The notes under the pieces: model-generated
Database searches by the model: none
Told to the model about the DNA's origin: nothing
The model's input: only the letters and a program-made list of their open reading frames with translations
In this document: in pieces, positions 1 through 9,407 of the stretch
How the letters are laid out: each line of letters starts with the position of its first letter
Position numbering within the stretch: position 1 is the stretch's first letter
Source: Thaumarchaeota archaeon UBA141
GTDB taxonomy: Archaea; Thermoproteota; Nitrososphaeria; Nitrososphaerales; UBA141
DNA length: 49,985 nt
Direction: 5' to 3'
Assembly: GCA_002495315.1 (NCBI GenBank)
Contig: DAEN01000051.1
Location: 1 to 49,985 of the forward strand
Translations under genes and position numbers: made by a program

Positions 1-141
1 CGCTATGGTTGTATCGGTTCCAATAGGAAGATGTGGCCCATGTTGTTCAAGACTACCAATGGGAATAATTGATGTTTTTGTTCGTTTCGAGAAGCTTTTG
101 ATCTCTTCCCACGTGTGGTCCGGCAGATACAAACTCTTCAC
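1..141 (-). CDS. arfB: Creatininase-family protein, probable FAPy deformylase ArfB; 5' part only, runs off the left edge
   Basis: Not in the ORF track. Manual translation from GTG at 141 gives MKSLYLPDHTWEEIKSFSKRTKTSIIPIGSLEQHGPHLPIGTDTTIA, containing the creatininase motif PxGSxEQHGPHLPxxTD. An AGGTGA RBS overlaps the arfC stop, and the gene sits in the riboflavin operon. Confidence 0.85.
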   Translation of the reverse strand, partial: MKSLYLPDHTWEEIKSFSKRTKTSIIPIGSLEQHGPHLPIGTDTTIA

Positions 142-145
142 GGAA

Positions 146-823
146 TCACCTCGAAACCCTGTAAAACAGAACGAGATCTTGACCGTATCTTGAAGTCTTC
201 TTTAGAGACAGCTTTATTCCCTCCTTGACCAGTCGCACGCCTTCTCCATCTGCTAGAGTGATAGCTCGTTCTCCTCCTATAACTAATGGTGATAGCGCAA
301 CACTGACTTCATCTACCAATCCATTTGATAGCATGCTCCAGTTGAGTTTTCCGCCCCCCTCTAGAAGTATTCGATCGATGGATTTACTCTTTAGTATGCG
401 CATCATTTCGCTAAGATCTACTTGCTCTTTCCCACATACCAAAATTTCCGCTCCGGCTGATTCCAGACTTTCGATCCTTTCTGACGATGCATTTTCACTG
501 ACACAGATGTACGTCTTTACTTCAGGATCAACTTTGATTACTCTGGCATTTGGTGGTGTCCGTGCATTGCTATCAGCTATAATTCGTACGGGTTTCTTTC
601 CACGTGCATAACGAAGTGTTAGACTTGGATTGTCTGCAATTATTGTGCGAACGCCGACTAGAATGCCCCCAACAGAGGCTCGAAGACGATGGACTCTTTT
701 TAGATCTTGGAAAGAAGAGATCTTAGAATCTCCGGTTGCAGTAGCAATCTTGCCATCGACAGTCATAGCTGCGTTCAATATCACGTAGGGGCTATTTGTT
801 ATTGCATCTTGGGAGAGAACCAT
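146..823 (-). CDS. arfC: 2,5-diamino-6-ribosylamino-4(3H)-pyrimidinone 5'-phosphate reductase (stand-alone RibD-C/Rib7 type)
   Basis: Motifs PYVILNAAMTVDGKIA, DNPSL and LLEGGG; no deaminase domain; riboflavin operon context. Confidence 0.93.
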   Translation of the reverse strand: MVLSQDAITNSPYVILNAAMTVDGKIATATGDSKISSFQDLKRVHRLRASVGGILVGVRTIIADNPSLTLRYARGKKPVRIIADSNARTPPNARVIKVDPEVKTYICVSENASSERIESLESAGAEILVCGKEQVDLSEMMRILKSKSIDRILLEGGGKLNWSMLSNGLVDEVSVALSPLVIGGERAITLADGEGVRLVKEGIKLSLKKTSRYGQDLVLFYRVSR

Positions 824-2033
824 GAACTAATTCACCCTTGACCATCACTGCTACTATGTCGTCAGGTCGAGCTCTGTGCACTATTGAAGAGATAATGTCT
901 TTTGAGAACTTCAAGTTTGAAGAACGACTATTTAGAAAAACAATATCTGCTATTTTCCCTTCCTCTAGTGAGCCAATTTCTCTTTCGAGTTCAAGTGCCT
1001 TGGCACCTCCTAGGGTAGCCATGCGTAGGACATCAGCCGATTTGATTGCGTTCGGGTCTCGGTGGTTTGCTCTAGACATCTTTGAAGCAAAATCCATTTC
1101 TCGGAACATGTCGCATGAATTCAGCATTACGTTGTCTGTGCCCAGACCAACATTGATTCCTAATCGTACGAGGTCGGTAATTGGTGGAAAGCCATGACCC
1201 AATATTGCATTTGCTCTTGGGCAGCATACTACTGATGTCCCTGATGAAGATATCTTTTCTATGTCTCTTCTTGTCGTGTGGACAAGATGCACTAAAAGAT
1301 GTGGCCTGAGATAAGTCAGAGCTCGAGATACTTCTGAACTTCCAAACGTTCTTATGGAGAATTCTGCAGAAGACCGAGCTTCTCCAACATGTACCGCGAC
1401 TAGTTTTCTGGCCTTCGAGGCAAGCGATGACAGATCCACTAGTGCCTGGTCAGTGAACTCGTTAGGTCCACTAACGCCAAGACCATTACCTTCCTGTAAG
1501 ACTCTCTCTGTTTCATTAATGATTTGTGTCGGAAGACCAACCCCAGTGTTGATGTCTAGTGGAGGCGAATAGTAGTTTGGTCTGCCCAGAGCTATGAGTC
1601 TATTCGCAAGTCCTTCTGCGGCTTTCTTGAGCAGTCTAAGTCCTTCTAGGCTAGTCTCTCGGAAGTCGGCTATAGTGGTGATGCCATTAGCAAGCATCTC
1701 TTGTAAGCTCTCTCTCATTCCCTCGACAAGCGTTTTTTGTGGCACTTCCTTGAGGATTCTGGATTTGAGGCCGGTGATTGGATGTACTAACTCCCCCATC
1801 GTCTTTCCAACTCCAATATCTTTGACTACTGAATCTCCTAGATGCACGTGCGCATTTATCATGCCTGGCATAGCTATCAGTCCATTTCCATCATAGCGCG
1901 TTCCACTAAAGGCAGGGAGATTGACGTCACTTAGTGTCTTGATCTTCGGGCCCTCGATCTGAAGAAAACTATCCTCCACAGGGCTGAATCCAGGCCCAGC
2001 TAGAGTCAGGGCACCTTCTATGATCGCATTCAT
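792..2033 (-). CDS. Amidohydrolase-superfamily metal-dependent deaminase; candidate riboflavin-pathway pyrimidine deaminase
   Basis: Motifs PGMINAHVH, VHVGE (HxxE), LVH, GTDN and GSLEEGKIAD. ATGA overlap with gch3 and overlap with the arfC start. Confidence 0.85.
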   Translation of the reverse strand: MNAIIEGALTLAGPGFSPVEDSFLQIEGPKIKTLSDVNLPAFSGTRYDGNGLIAMPGMINAHVHLGDSVVKDIGVGKTMGELVHPITGLKSRILKEVPQKTLVEGMRESLQEMLANGITTIADFRETSLEGLRLLKKAAEGLANRLIALGRPNYYSPPLDINTGVGLPTQIINETERVLQEGNGLGVSGPNEFTDQALVDLSSLASKARKLVAVHVGEARSSAEFSIRTFGSSEVSRALTYLRPHLLVHLVHTTRRDIEKISSSGTSVVCCPRANAILGHGFPPITDLVRLGINVGLGTDNVMLNSCDMFREMDFASKMSRANHRDPNAIKSADVLRMATLGGAKALELEREIGSLEEGKIADIVFLNSRSSNLKFSKDIISSIVHRARPDDIVAVMVKGELVHGSLPRCNNK

Positions 2034-2803
2034 CGTTCAGTGGACTTCATCAGTTTGCGCGTTGGTCCGTTTGTTCTTTCTTCTCTGATCTTATCTAGGT
2101 TGGCAGTAGCTAGCTCCATTGCTTTTCTAGCCCTCATTGCTATTCCAACTCCTCCTTTCAGTGAAAGGTGGAGGCCGCGACCAGTGTTTTCAAGGATTTT
2201 TTCAATAGAGTCTGCTCGAACACCATTAGCTACCGCGGCAAAGTTATCTCCTCCGAAGTAGAAGGTAAGTGCTTTCTTTTTCAGAAACTGTTCTCCTAGT
2301 GCAACTGAGATCTTTCTCATCATCATTGTAGTCTCAAACGCGGAGATAACGTCCACGTATTTCTGAGTGGCATAGTCTACATCGATATGCACCATCTGAA
2401 CTCGGTCTCCGGGGAAGTCTTGAGGCGTTCCAAGAAGGAGGCTTTTTCTCTTATTCGATTGTGCACTCCCTGCATGTTGAAGAACAACGGAGGCCATGTG
2501 TTGTGCTTCATATGGAGTATTGCCCCTTCCCACGCTCATGCTAATAGTGAAGGGGTATTTTGAGAGGATCTCTTCTTGAATGGAAGCATGTTCTGGAAGT
2601 CCTATCCCATTTGTAATAGCTAGGATCTCATCAAATCGATTGTAGAACACTATTCCATTTCTGTTTGAGATATGTTTCTGCAAATCGGAATATAGGGATG
2701 ATTGTAACATTTGAAGACGATACTCGCGATCATTCCCGAGTTCCATGGTCCAAGGACCATAGTTGTCGATCTGTATGAGCGTAATCTGGATCTTATTTGT
2801 CAT
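2030..2803 (-). CDS. gch3: GTP cyclohydrolase III (IIa)
   Basis: Motifs QIDNYGPWT, RFD, GxTPYEAQ, HIDV and FGGDNF. Confidence 0.93.
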   Translation of the reverse strand: MTNKIQITLIQIDNYGPWTMELGNDREYRLQMLQSSLYSDLQKHISNRNGIVFYNRFDEILAITNGIGLPEHASIQEEILSKYPFTISMSVGRGNTPYEAQHMASVVLQHAGSAQSNKRKSLLLGTPQDFPGDRVQMVHIDVDYATQKYVDVISAFETTMMMRKISVALGEQFLKKKALTFYFGGDNFAAVANGVRADSIEKILENTGRGLHLSLKGGVGIAMRARKAMELATANLDKIREERTNGPTRKLMKSTER

Positions 2804-2805
2804 CT

Positions 2806-3267
2806 TTAATCTACCATTATCGTTTGGTTTTTGCCTTTGGTAGCTCGAATTCTTCTACTACTGTTTACCATCTTGATGGCTGCTTCTACTGATCTTCTAG
2901 AGAATTCATCTGCGCGAGCTAATCCCTGATCCATAGTCATGCCAGGTCCGGAGATCCCGAGGGTGACTGGCTTTTCATACTGAAGGGATAGATCCGTTAT
3001 CTTGGCTGCGACTTGCTGGGCTATAATCTGGTCATGTTGTGTTTCGCCCTGAACAATCGCGCCGAGAGTCACGACTGCGTCAACTTTCTGTCTCTTCAGT
3101 AGTAGCTTGATGAAAAGAGGCATATCAAACGCTCCAGGGACCTTGCAAATGTATGTGACTTTGGCTCCTGAGCTTTCTGCATATCTCTTAGCCGAGTTTA
3201 ACATCAATTGGGTGATCTCAGAATTGAATTCGGAGACTATCAGTGCCACGTGAACTTTATCATCCAT
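2806..3267 (-). CDS. ribH: 6,7-dimethyl-8-ribityllumazine synthase
   Basis: Motifs VSEFN, VPGAFDMP, GAIVQGETQHD and KPVTLGISGPG. Start moved to ATG 3267 (ATG 3297 is an alternative). Confidence 0.93.
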   Translation of the reverse strand: MDDKVHVALIVSEFNSEITQLMLNSAKRYAESSGAKVTYICKVPGAFDMPLFIKLLLKRQKVDAVVTLGAIVQGETQHDQIIAQQVAAKITDLSLQYEKPVTLGISGPGMTMDQGLARADEFSRRSVEAAIKMVNSSRRIRATKGKNQTIMVD

Positions 3268-3289
3268 TTGTTTTGATTCCACCTTGCGA

Positions 3290-4039
3290 CTACACATTTC
3301 TCTTGCTGGATTTTCTGGAAAGCTTCTTTGCTTCGAAGGAAGCAATAAGATCTGTTCCTTCAATGAATGGAATCCCATTTTCCTTGGCATATTTCTTAGC
3401 GAGATTATTGGTCAGGGCATTGTGAGTCTTGCCGTCTAGAATCTCACAAATCACTGTTGCCGGAATTAGGCCTGCTAGTTCAGCTAGGTATAGTGAAAGT
3501 TCTGTATGACCACGTCGAGTTGCAAGAAGTCCAGCAGCTGCGATCAGTATGTGCACATGGCCCGGGGATCTAAACTCGGAGGCCAGAAGTCTTCTAGCTT
3601 TAGCTGTGTTTTTGATTGTAGCAATTTCGCATAGTTTTGTTAATCCCTTGATAGTAATAGCTCTGTCGTGGTCTGTTATGCCTGTGTACGTGGTCCTATG
3701 GTTGACCGTAATGGAAAAGGCTGTTCTATCTCCATATGGTGCTACCCCGTCTGCCAATTCAGTGAGAATGCTGTAGTTCTTAGCTGCAAGCCGGTAGATT
3801 TCCGGCAAGAAAGGCAGGCCAAGAATTTTAGCGGTTGAATGGGTAATGGCTTGACATACAAATCCTCCAGCTTCCTCTCGCAAGCGTCTGATGTGGTCAG
3901 GAGTGACAAATTCCGCAGCAACAACCATGTCTGTTTCATCTTCCCTTGAAGAGACGTCGTGGATTAGTACAAACTTGCCCTCACGGAGAGCTCTAATGGC
4001 GTGGTCAAAAGAGAGGTCGCGATTAGCAGCTCGAGGCAT
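3290..4039 (-). CDS. ribB: 3,4-dihydroxy-2-butanone-4-phosphate synthase
   Basis: Motifs REDETD, TGITDHDRA, FRSPGHV, RRGHTE and CEIL. Confidence 0.95.
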   Translation of the reverse strand: MPRAANRDLSFDHAIRALREGKFVLIHDVSSREDETDMVVAAEFVTPDHIRRLREEAGGFVCQAITHSTAKILGLPFLPEIYRLAAKNYSILTELADGVAPYGDRTAFSITVNHRTTYTGITDHDRAITIKGLTKLCEIATIKNTAKARRLLASEFRSPGHVHILIAAAGLLATRRGHTELSLYLAELAGLIPATVICEILDGKTHNALTNNLAKKYAKENGIPFIEGTDLIASFEAKKLSRKSSKRNV

Positions 4040-4061
4040 GACGAAGAGTGTTCTACTTGGC

Positions 4062-4070
4062 TTTATATAA
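4062..4070 (-). promoter_or_regulatory. TATA box of the rib operon (probably leaderless transcript)
   Basis: TTATATAAA on the minus strand, 23-31 nt upstream of the ribB ATG. Confidence 0.65.
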
Positions 4071-4073
4071 CAA

Positions 4074-4109
4074 TTACCAATTAATTAGCAGTAACCAATA
4101 ATATAGTAA
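4074..4109. promoter_or_regulatory. Tandem pair of imperfect 18-bp palindromes; candidate riboflavin-regulator operator
   Basis: TTACCAATTAATTAGCAG followed directly by TAACCAATAATATAGTAA, immediately upstream of the TATA box. Confidence 0.35.
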
Positions 4110-4153
4110 TGTACGTAGTTGATACTCTCCGGGTGGCCACACTGAGTATGGAC

Positions 4154-5728
4154 TTATGACTCTACCCTTGTCTGGGTTTGTTCCCGAAGGAATTGTGACA
4201 GATAATATGGTCCACCGACGCCCTTTCCAGTTGAGCCACTACACTTCCAGCCGCTGAATGATTGTGCGCCGGGCCAGGCACCAGTAGTAGCACCACCGCG
4301 TCTATTTGCATACGTCACTCCAAATTCAATCCCATCAAAGAACTGAGCTATCTCTGAAGGATCTTCACTGAATATTCCTGCTGTCAAGCCGAATTGTGTG
4401 TCGTTTGCCTTTCGGAGAGCTTCTTCAAGAGAATTACATTGGTCTACAATTACTATGGGTAGAAATAGCTCTTCTTTGAAGAGTTCGTGCTGAGCGGGCA
4501 GATCGGAAATGATTGTTGGTTCTACATAGTATCCTCGCGAGGCAGAACCTTTAGTGATGACCGATCCTCCCATGAGGATCTTTCCTCCTGCAGTCTTTGC
4601 TTGATCAATTACTTTTTGATATTTCGAAAGCGCGCTTGTGTTTACAACCGGTCCAACAAAAGTCTCCTTTAGTCTTGGATCGCCCACCTTGAGTTTTTTC
4701 ACTACCGGGAGAAAAGAATCAATGAATTCGTCCATTACCGTCGAAATTACATAGACTCGCGCGGTAGCGCTACATTTCTGTCCACTGTAGCCGAAAGCTC
4801 CTCGAGATATTCCTTCAGCAGCCTTTACAAGATCAGCTTTCGCCGTGACGATTGCCGGATTCTTACTCCCCATCTCTGCTATGACTGGCTTGGGATGCAG
4901 CTGGTCACTGGCAAACTTTCGATAAAGTCTCATTCCTACTGGCATTGAGCCTGTAAATGCTATGCCTGCAACCTTGGGGTTGCGTATGACCTCTTTCTCA
5001 AAGGCTTCACCTGGGCCTGTTACATAATTTAAGACGCCATCTGGGGTGCCTGCATTTCGAAAGTGTTCAAAAAGTCTCAACCCAGTGAAAGGTGCAGCGC
5101 TCGTTGGTTTCAGTACTACGGTGTTGCCAGTGATCAGCGCACCTGTAGCCATACCTGCAGTCAGCGCCAGGGGGAAATTGAACGGCGAAATTACGAACCA
5201 TGCTCCTAAAGGCTTCATTACGCTGATAGCCTGTTCTCCAGGAGCACCGGGGCCAAGCGTCCTCACAAAGCCTTGATTAGTTTCCAGTTGATCTCCATAG
5301 TATCGTAGCATGTCGACCGTTTCGCTAACTTCTGCCAGAGCTTCGTACCTATTCTTACCGACTTCGTAAGTTATCAGAGCAGAGAGGGTGTAAAGTTCCT
5401 CTTCAATCAAGTCGGCTGCTTTTCTTACAATCCCTACGCGAGTGTGGTAATCGAGTCGTCTCCAATCATGAAATGCATCCGTTGCTTCATCTATGGCCAG
5501 CTTGCCATGACTGCTCGTTCCTTTAGGGAAAGTGCCTATTGATACGTTGCGATCTATAGGACTGTGAACTTCAAATTCTCCACGGTTGGAGCGGATCTTT
5601 CGTCCACCGATATGCATATGGTGGCGCTTTCCTAACAGGCCCTTGACTCTTTGGAGAGCGCGATCATATTTCTCATGGATGCTCTCATCTCCTAGGAGAC
5701 TAACGTAAGTGAGCTTTGGGGAGCTCAT
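4154..5728 (-). CDS. NAD-dependent aldehyde dehydrogenase, 1-pyrroline-5-carboxylate dehydrogenase (RocA/PruA)-like
   Basis: Motifs ISPFNFP, FTGS, AEMGSKN, GQKCSA, EELFLP and GATTGAWPGAQSFSGWK. Start set at MSSPKL (5728). Confidence 0.88.
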   Translation of the reverse strand: MSSPKLTYVSLLGDESIHEKYDRALQRVKGLLGKRHHMHIGGRKIRSNRGEFEVHSPIDRNVSIGTFPKGTSSHGKLAIDEATDAFHDWRRLDYHTRVGIVRKAADLIEEELYTLSALITYEVGKNRYEALAEVSETVDMLRYYGDQLETNQGFVRTLGPGAPGEQAISVMKPLGAWFVISPFNFPLALTAGMATGALITGNTVVLKPTSAAPFTGLRLFEHFRNAGTPDGVLNYVTGPGEAFEKEVIRNPKVAGIAFTGSMPVGMRLYRKFASDQLHPKPVIAEMGSKNPAIVTAKADLVKAAEGISRGAFGYSGQKCSATARVYVISTVMDEFIDSFLPVVKKLKVGDPRLKETFVGPVVNTSALSKYQKVIDQAKTAGGKILMGGSVITKGSASRGYYVEPTIISDLPAQHELFKEELFLPIVIVDQCNSLEEALRKANDTQFGLTAGIFSEDPSEIAQFFDGIEFGVTYANRRGGATTGAWPGAQSFSGWKCSGSTGKGVGGPYYLSQFLREQTQTRVES

Positions 5729-5831
5729 GACAACAATATCCTGTGCGATTCCTGTGTATAAGTAATGTGTGCATGGGATGTCCCTGGACAGCACATAGTG
5801 CAATAGAGGTTACTCCCAGTAGTGATGGATG

Positions 5832-7994
5832 TCATGTGCGGTTGATGACGCCGTTCAAATATTGGTCGATGGTATAAGAAAATCCTTGAGGAAGGACTAT
5901 TGTGGTATCTTCTGCTTCGATTATTCCCGGACCGTCTATCCTATTGCCACATCTGAGCATTTTTCTCTCATACGTCTTTGTAGCCTGAAAGGTTCCAACA
6001 TCTTGCCAAAATACCTCTCGCTTGCCCTTGAATGCATTGGTAGGGTCGGTTCCGTTTGTCTTGTGCCGTGGAAATCGAGGTTTTTCCGTTTGGACAATCG
6101 TCTTAAGCAGGAGGTTTTCCACTTCGATTCCACTCTCTGGATATGTCGCCGCACTACTGTAAAGTCGGGCATACTCTTTCTCGAACGCGCTACAGACAGC
6201 TTTCGCATCTTTTTCTCCCTCAAGGTGTAGACGCGGGGATACAATTCTGGTTGTGTTTAGCTGAGTACCCCATTTCATGTCGAGCTCGAGAATGACCTGC
6301 GTCTGACGGTCTGAGAATCCCTCGCCTCGCATATCCTTTATTGCTCGAGTTTGCAATTCATCGACTATCTCGTTGAAAATAGTGTAATCTGGGACGTACT
6401 CTCCTCTGAATCCGTTGTCCAACGTGATGCGGTGTCCCTTTTCATATGTGTGCATTATGTCCATTGTTGCAGCTCCAAAGGCACAAAAAACTGGTGAGAA
6501 TGGTAATGTGAGTATTGTTTTCACTCCTAATTCTGAAGCGAAGCCACAGCAATGAGTAGGTCCTGCGCCCCCGTATGCTACTAAAACGAGGTCACGTGGA
6601 TCATGTCCCTTTAACGCTGTTTCCTTGTAGAGCTCAGCTCCCATGTTGGCATCTGCAATCTTTCTAATAGCTGCCGCAGATTCTGCTAAATCTAGGCCGA
6701 GCGGTTCAGCGATTTTATTCTTAAGGGCATCTATTGCTCTATCACGTCCGAGAGATATGCGGCCCCCGAGGAAATATTTTGGATTGATGTACCCGAGGAT
6801 CACATCTGCATCAGTTAGAGTAGGTTCTTTTCCTCCCTGACCGTAACACGCCGGCCCGGGCATAGAGCCGGCACTCTGTGGGCCGATCTCTATTTGGTTC
6901 CCGAGGCTGTAGTTGATATGAGCTATCGAACCACCTCCGACTCCGATTGATTTCACTTCTAGAGTTGAGAGGGCCACCAACCATCTGTCAATGACGGGCC
7001 TGTACTGGTACGAGCTTGCCTGGCCGTCAGCGATCAAACCCAGGTCAAAACTCGTGCCTCCGACATCAGTGAGAATTAGATTCTTGTAGCCATATAGCTG
7101 ACTCAGGAATACTCCGCCAAGAAGGCCTGCTACTGGTCCGGCTCCATATAGTTGATACGCCATTGTTCTAGAAACTTTTCCTGTTCCACCCGAGTTGTGG
7201 ACAATCACAAGAGGCTTCGTATAGCCAGCGTTCCGGAGCTCATCACCCAAAGCCGTTAGTTGCTCTGCAGCGTCCTGGTGAAGATAAGAATTCAGAATTG
7301 CAGCATTTGTTCTGGGATATTCGCCAAGTTTCGGTAAGACCTCGCTGGATAGGATGATGGGTAGTGCACCAAGGTAGTGTTCGGGGTACTCTTCTTCTAT
7401 TATGCTGCGGATCAATTGTTCATGCGCGGGATTCATATGAGACCAGAGAAGAGCCACGACAAAACCTCTGGCGCCTGAGTCTACTAGATGTTGAACCACA
7501 TTCCTGACGTTCTCTCGGCTCAACGGCATGACTTCTTGACCGAAACAGTCGATCCTTTCATCAACCCCTGCAACCATCTCGGGCAGGACTAAGGGGACGG
7601 GTTTTCTGAGTGTCGCGTAATGAATACCGCGTTGATATTCAACTGGAAGGCCATCGGCCCATTGACGGGAACGACCTATGGTGACAGTATCCTCGAAGCC
7701 CTTTGTTGTTATGAGCCCAAGCTTAGGGCCTGTTCTTTGGATGAGGGTATTTGTAGGGATGGTTGTGGAGTATCTGATGATCTCTGCTCTGCCTAAGAGC
7801 TCGTCGCGGTCCAACCCCAACTCGCGGGCTGCCCCCTTGACTGCTGTGAGGAAACCTATGGAGAGATTGTGATGTGTTGTAGGGGACTTCGCGGTGACTA
7901 TCCGTTTCCCATGCACGACGAAGCAGTCGGTGAACGTCCCGCCAATATCGACACTTATCGTATTCTTAGGACTGTTTTCTCGCATGTTTACCAC
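5832..7994 (-). CDS. Hydantoinase A/oxoprolinase-family ATPase subunit, acetophenone carboxylase gamma (ApcC)-like
   Basis: Motifs VDIGGTFTD, RYSTT, TDVGGTSFD, GPQSAGSMPGPACY and YGGAGPTH; overlaps the upstream ApcB-like gene. Confidence 0.88.
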   Translation of the reverse strand: MVNMRENSPKNTISVDIGGTFTDCFVVHGKRIVTAKSPTTHHNLSIGFLTAVKGAARELGLDRDELLGRAEIIRYSTTIPTNTLIQRTGPKLGLITTKGFEDTVTIGRSRQWADGLPVEYQRGIHYATLRKPVPLVLPEMVAGVDERIDCFGQEVMPLSRENVRNVVQHLVDSGARGFVVALLWSHMNPAHEQLIRSIIEEEYPEHYLGALPIILSSEVLPKLGEYPRTNAAILNSYLHQDAAEQLTALGDELRNAGYTKPLVIVHNSGGTGKVSRTMAYQLYGAGPVAGLLGGVFLSQLYGYKNLILTDVGGTSFDLGLIADGQASSYQYRPVIDRWLVALSTLEVKSIGVGGGSIAHINYSLGNQIEIGPQSAGSMPGPACYGQGGKEPTLTDADVILGYINPKYFLGGRISLGRDRAIDALKNKIAEPLGLDLAESAAAIRKIADANMGAELYKETALKGHDPRDLVLVAYGGAGPTHCCGFASELGVKTILTLPFSPVFCAFGAATMDIMHTYEKGHRITLDNGFRGEYVPDYTIFNEIVDELQTRAIKDMRGEGFSDRQTQVILELDMKWGTQLNTTRIVSPRLHLEGEKDAKAVCSAFEKEYARLYSSAATYPESGIEVENLLLKTIVQTEKPRFPRHKTNGTDPTNAFKGKREVFWQDVGTFQATKTYERKMLRCGNRIDGPGIIEAEDTTIVLPQGFSYTIDQYLNGVINRT

Positions 7995-8319
7995 GATGTT
8001 TTGTCTTCAGAAGGTCAATGTCTAGCTCGATGTCATTCGTAATGGGATGTCCAGGAGGGAGATATTCTACTTCTAGAACGGTTCCGCAGCCTGGGCAGAC
8101 GAATTCCAGGATTCGACACCATTTTGGATCAGGGGCGAGGGTGTATTTACCTCTAACTAGAGGTGGATGCACGTCAGTAGGATCGCGCTCCAATACCAAA
8201 CACCCCTCCTTGTAGCTCTTGCGAGCAGAGATCAGTTGTCTTCCACACCTGTTACAACACCATGACTCTTCCTCTAAATCCACTTCCAAATGGTCCGTTA
8301 TTCTGTGTCTCGATCCCAA
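7966..8319 (-). CDS. Acetone carboxylase gamma / acetophenone carboxylase beta (ApcB)-like Zn subunit
   Basis: Motifs WCCNRCG...ISARKSYKEGCL and EFVCPGCG...EYLPPGHPITNDIELD. Confidence 0.88.
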   Translation of the reverse strand: MGSRHRITDHLEVDLEEESWCCNRCGRQLISARKSYKEGCLVLERDPTDVHPPLVRGKYTLAPDPKWCRILEFVCPGCGTVLEVEYLPPGHPITNDIELDIDLLKTKHRGKHARKQS

Positions 8320-8429
8320 CTTCTAAGATCTATTGTCGATGTTTGTCCTTCTTAAACATCATATGCTTGGCATGTGCTAAACTGGATACACAGAAAGACA
8401 CAATAGACCCTGATATCTATGTAAATGGA

Positions 8430-9407
8430 ATGGCTTCTTTAGGTGGGCACACGTATCTTGATATCGTTGAAAGACTTACTTATCGATTGGGTACACAATC
8501 ACGTCACATAGACTTCACTGGAGCACCAAAGTGGGAAATTCCTGAGAAGATCATCATAGGTACTGCTGCTTATGGCGTCTTTATTGACAAGGAACAAAAT
8601 CCGAATCAGCCAGTAACTCCTGAAGAATGCATCAAGGCCTTTGAACCCTGTATAGAGATGGGTGCACCTGGAGTACATACTCATGCTCGAGGAATGAAAG
8701 GTGGGTTTTATGAGCCGAATAAAGCCCGGACCTTTCTTCATTCTGTTCTAGATCCTCTTCGCAATAAATACGGTGACAAGATCGTTACTGATGGGGGAAT
8801 TGGGTACTATGGTAAGACTATGGATGAAAACCTCTTTCCGGTAGACGAGGGACTATACGAGGTAGTGATTCTTAATCCAAGTGTGGGGCAGATGGGTGAT
8901 TATGTTCGTGTTTACTCGCCAAAAGTGGTACAAGATGAGGTGAAATATGTTCAGGATCGTGGCAAGAAAGTTCTAATTGACATCCATGATACGACACATA
9001 TTGGTAATGCACAGAAATGGCTGGTGGATACTGGAGTCCTGCAGAAGCCATACTTCTGGCATATCTTGGGACCAGTGGATGGAGGCTTCATACATATGCC
9101 AAACCTAAGAGCAATGGTCGACGGTCTTCTGTACCTGGTAGATAGAATTAGAGATATTGACAAGGACTCCATAATCTACGTGAGTCAGTCAGGGAGAGCA
9201 TCTACCTATCTTATTGCGCTCTCTATCCTACTTGGCCTGCACGTCAGGGTGGGAATGGAAGATACGATCTGGAAATGGCCACATAGAGACGAGAAGATCA
9301 AGAGTAACGAGGAAGTGGTACGGGCAGCTATTGAGATAGCCAGATATCTGGGACGGGAACCTGCGACATCAGATGATTATCGCAAGATGGTCGGACTGAA
9401 ACGCTAG
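8430..9407 (+). CDS. Beta-keto acid cleavage enzyme (BKACE/Kce, DUF849)
   Basis: Motifs NPNQPVTPEE, GVHTHAR (HxH Zn ligands) and HVRVGMEDT. Start set at ATG 8430. Confidence 0.88.
   Translation: MASLGGHTYLDIVERLTYRLGTQSRHIDFTGAPKWEIPEKIIIGTAAYGVFIDKEQNPNQPVTPEECIKAFEPCIEMGAPGVHTHARGMKGGFYEPNKARTFLHSVLDPLRNKYGDKIVTDGGIGYYGKTMDENLFPVDEGLYEVVILNPSVGQMGDYVRVYSPKVVQDEVKYVQDRGKKVLIDIHDTTHIGNAQKWLVDTGVLQKPYFWHILGPVDGGFIHMPNLRAMVDGLLYLVDRIRDIDKDSIIYVSQSGRASTYLIALSILLGLHVRVGMEDTIWKWPHRDEKIKSNEEVVRAAIEIARYLGREPATSDDYRKMVGLKR

Noticed and set aside
225..1896. Plus-strand ORFs opposite rib genes, and similar antisense ORFs throughout the window
   Set aside because: Ser/Pro-rich antisense shadows of well-supported genes.
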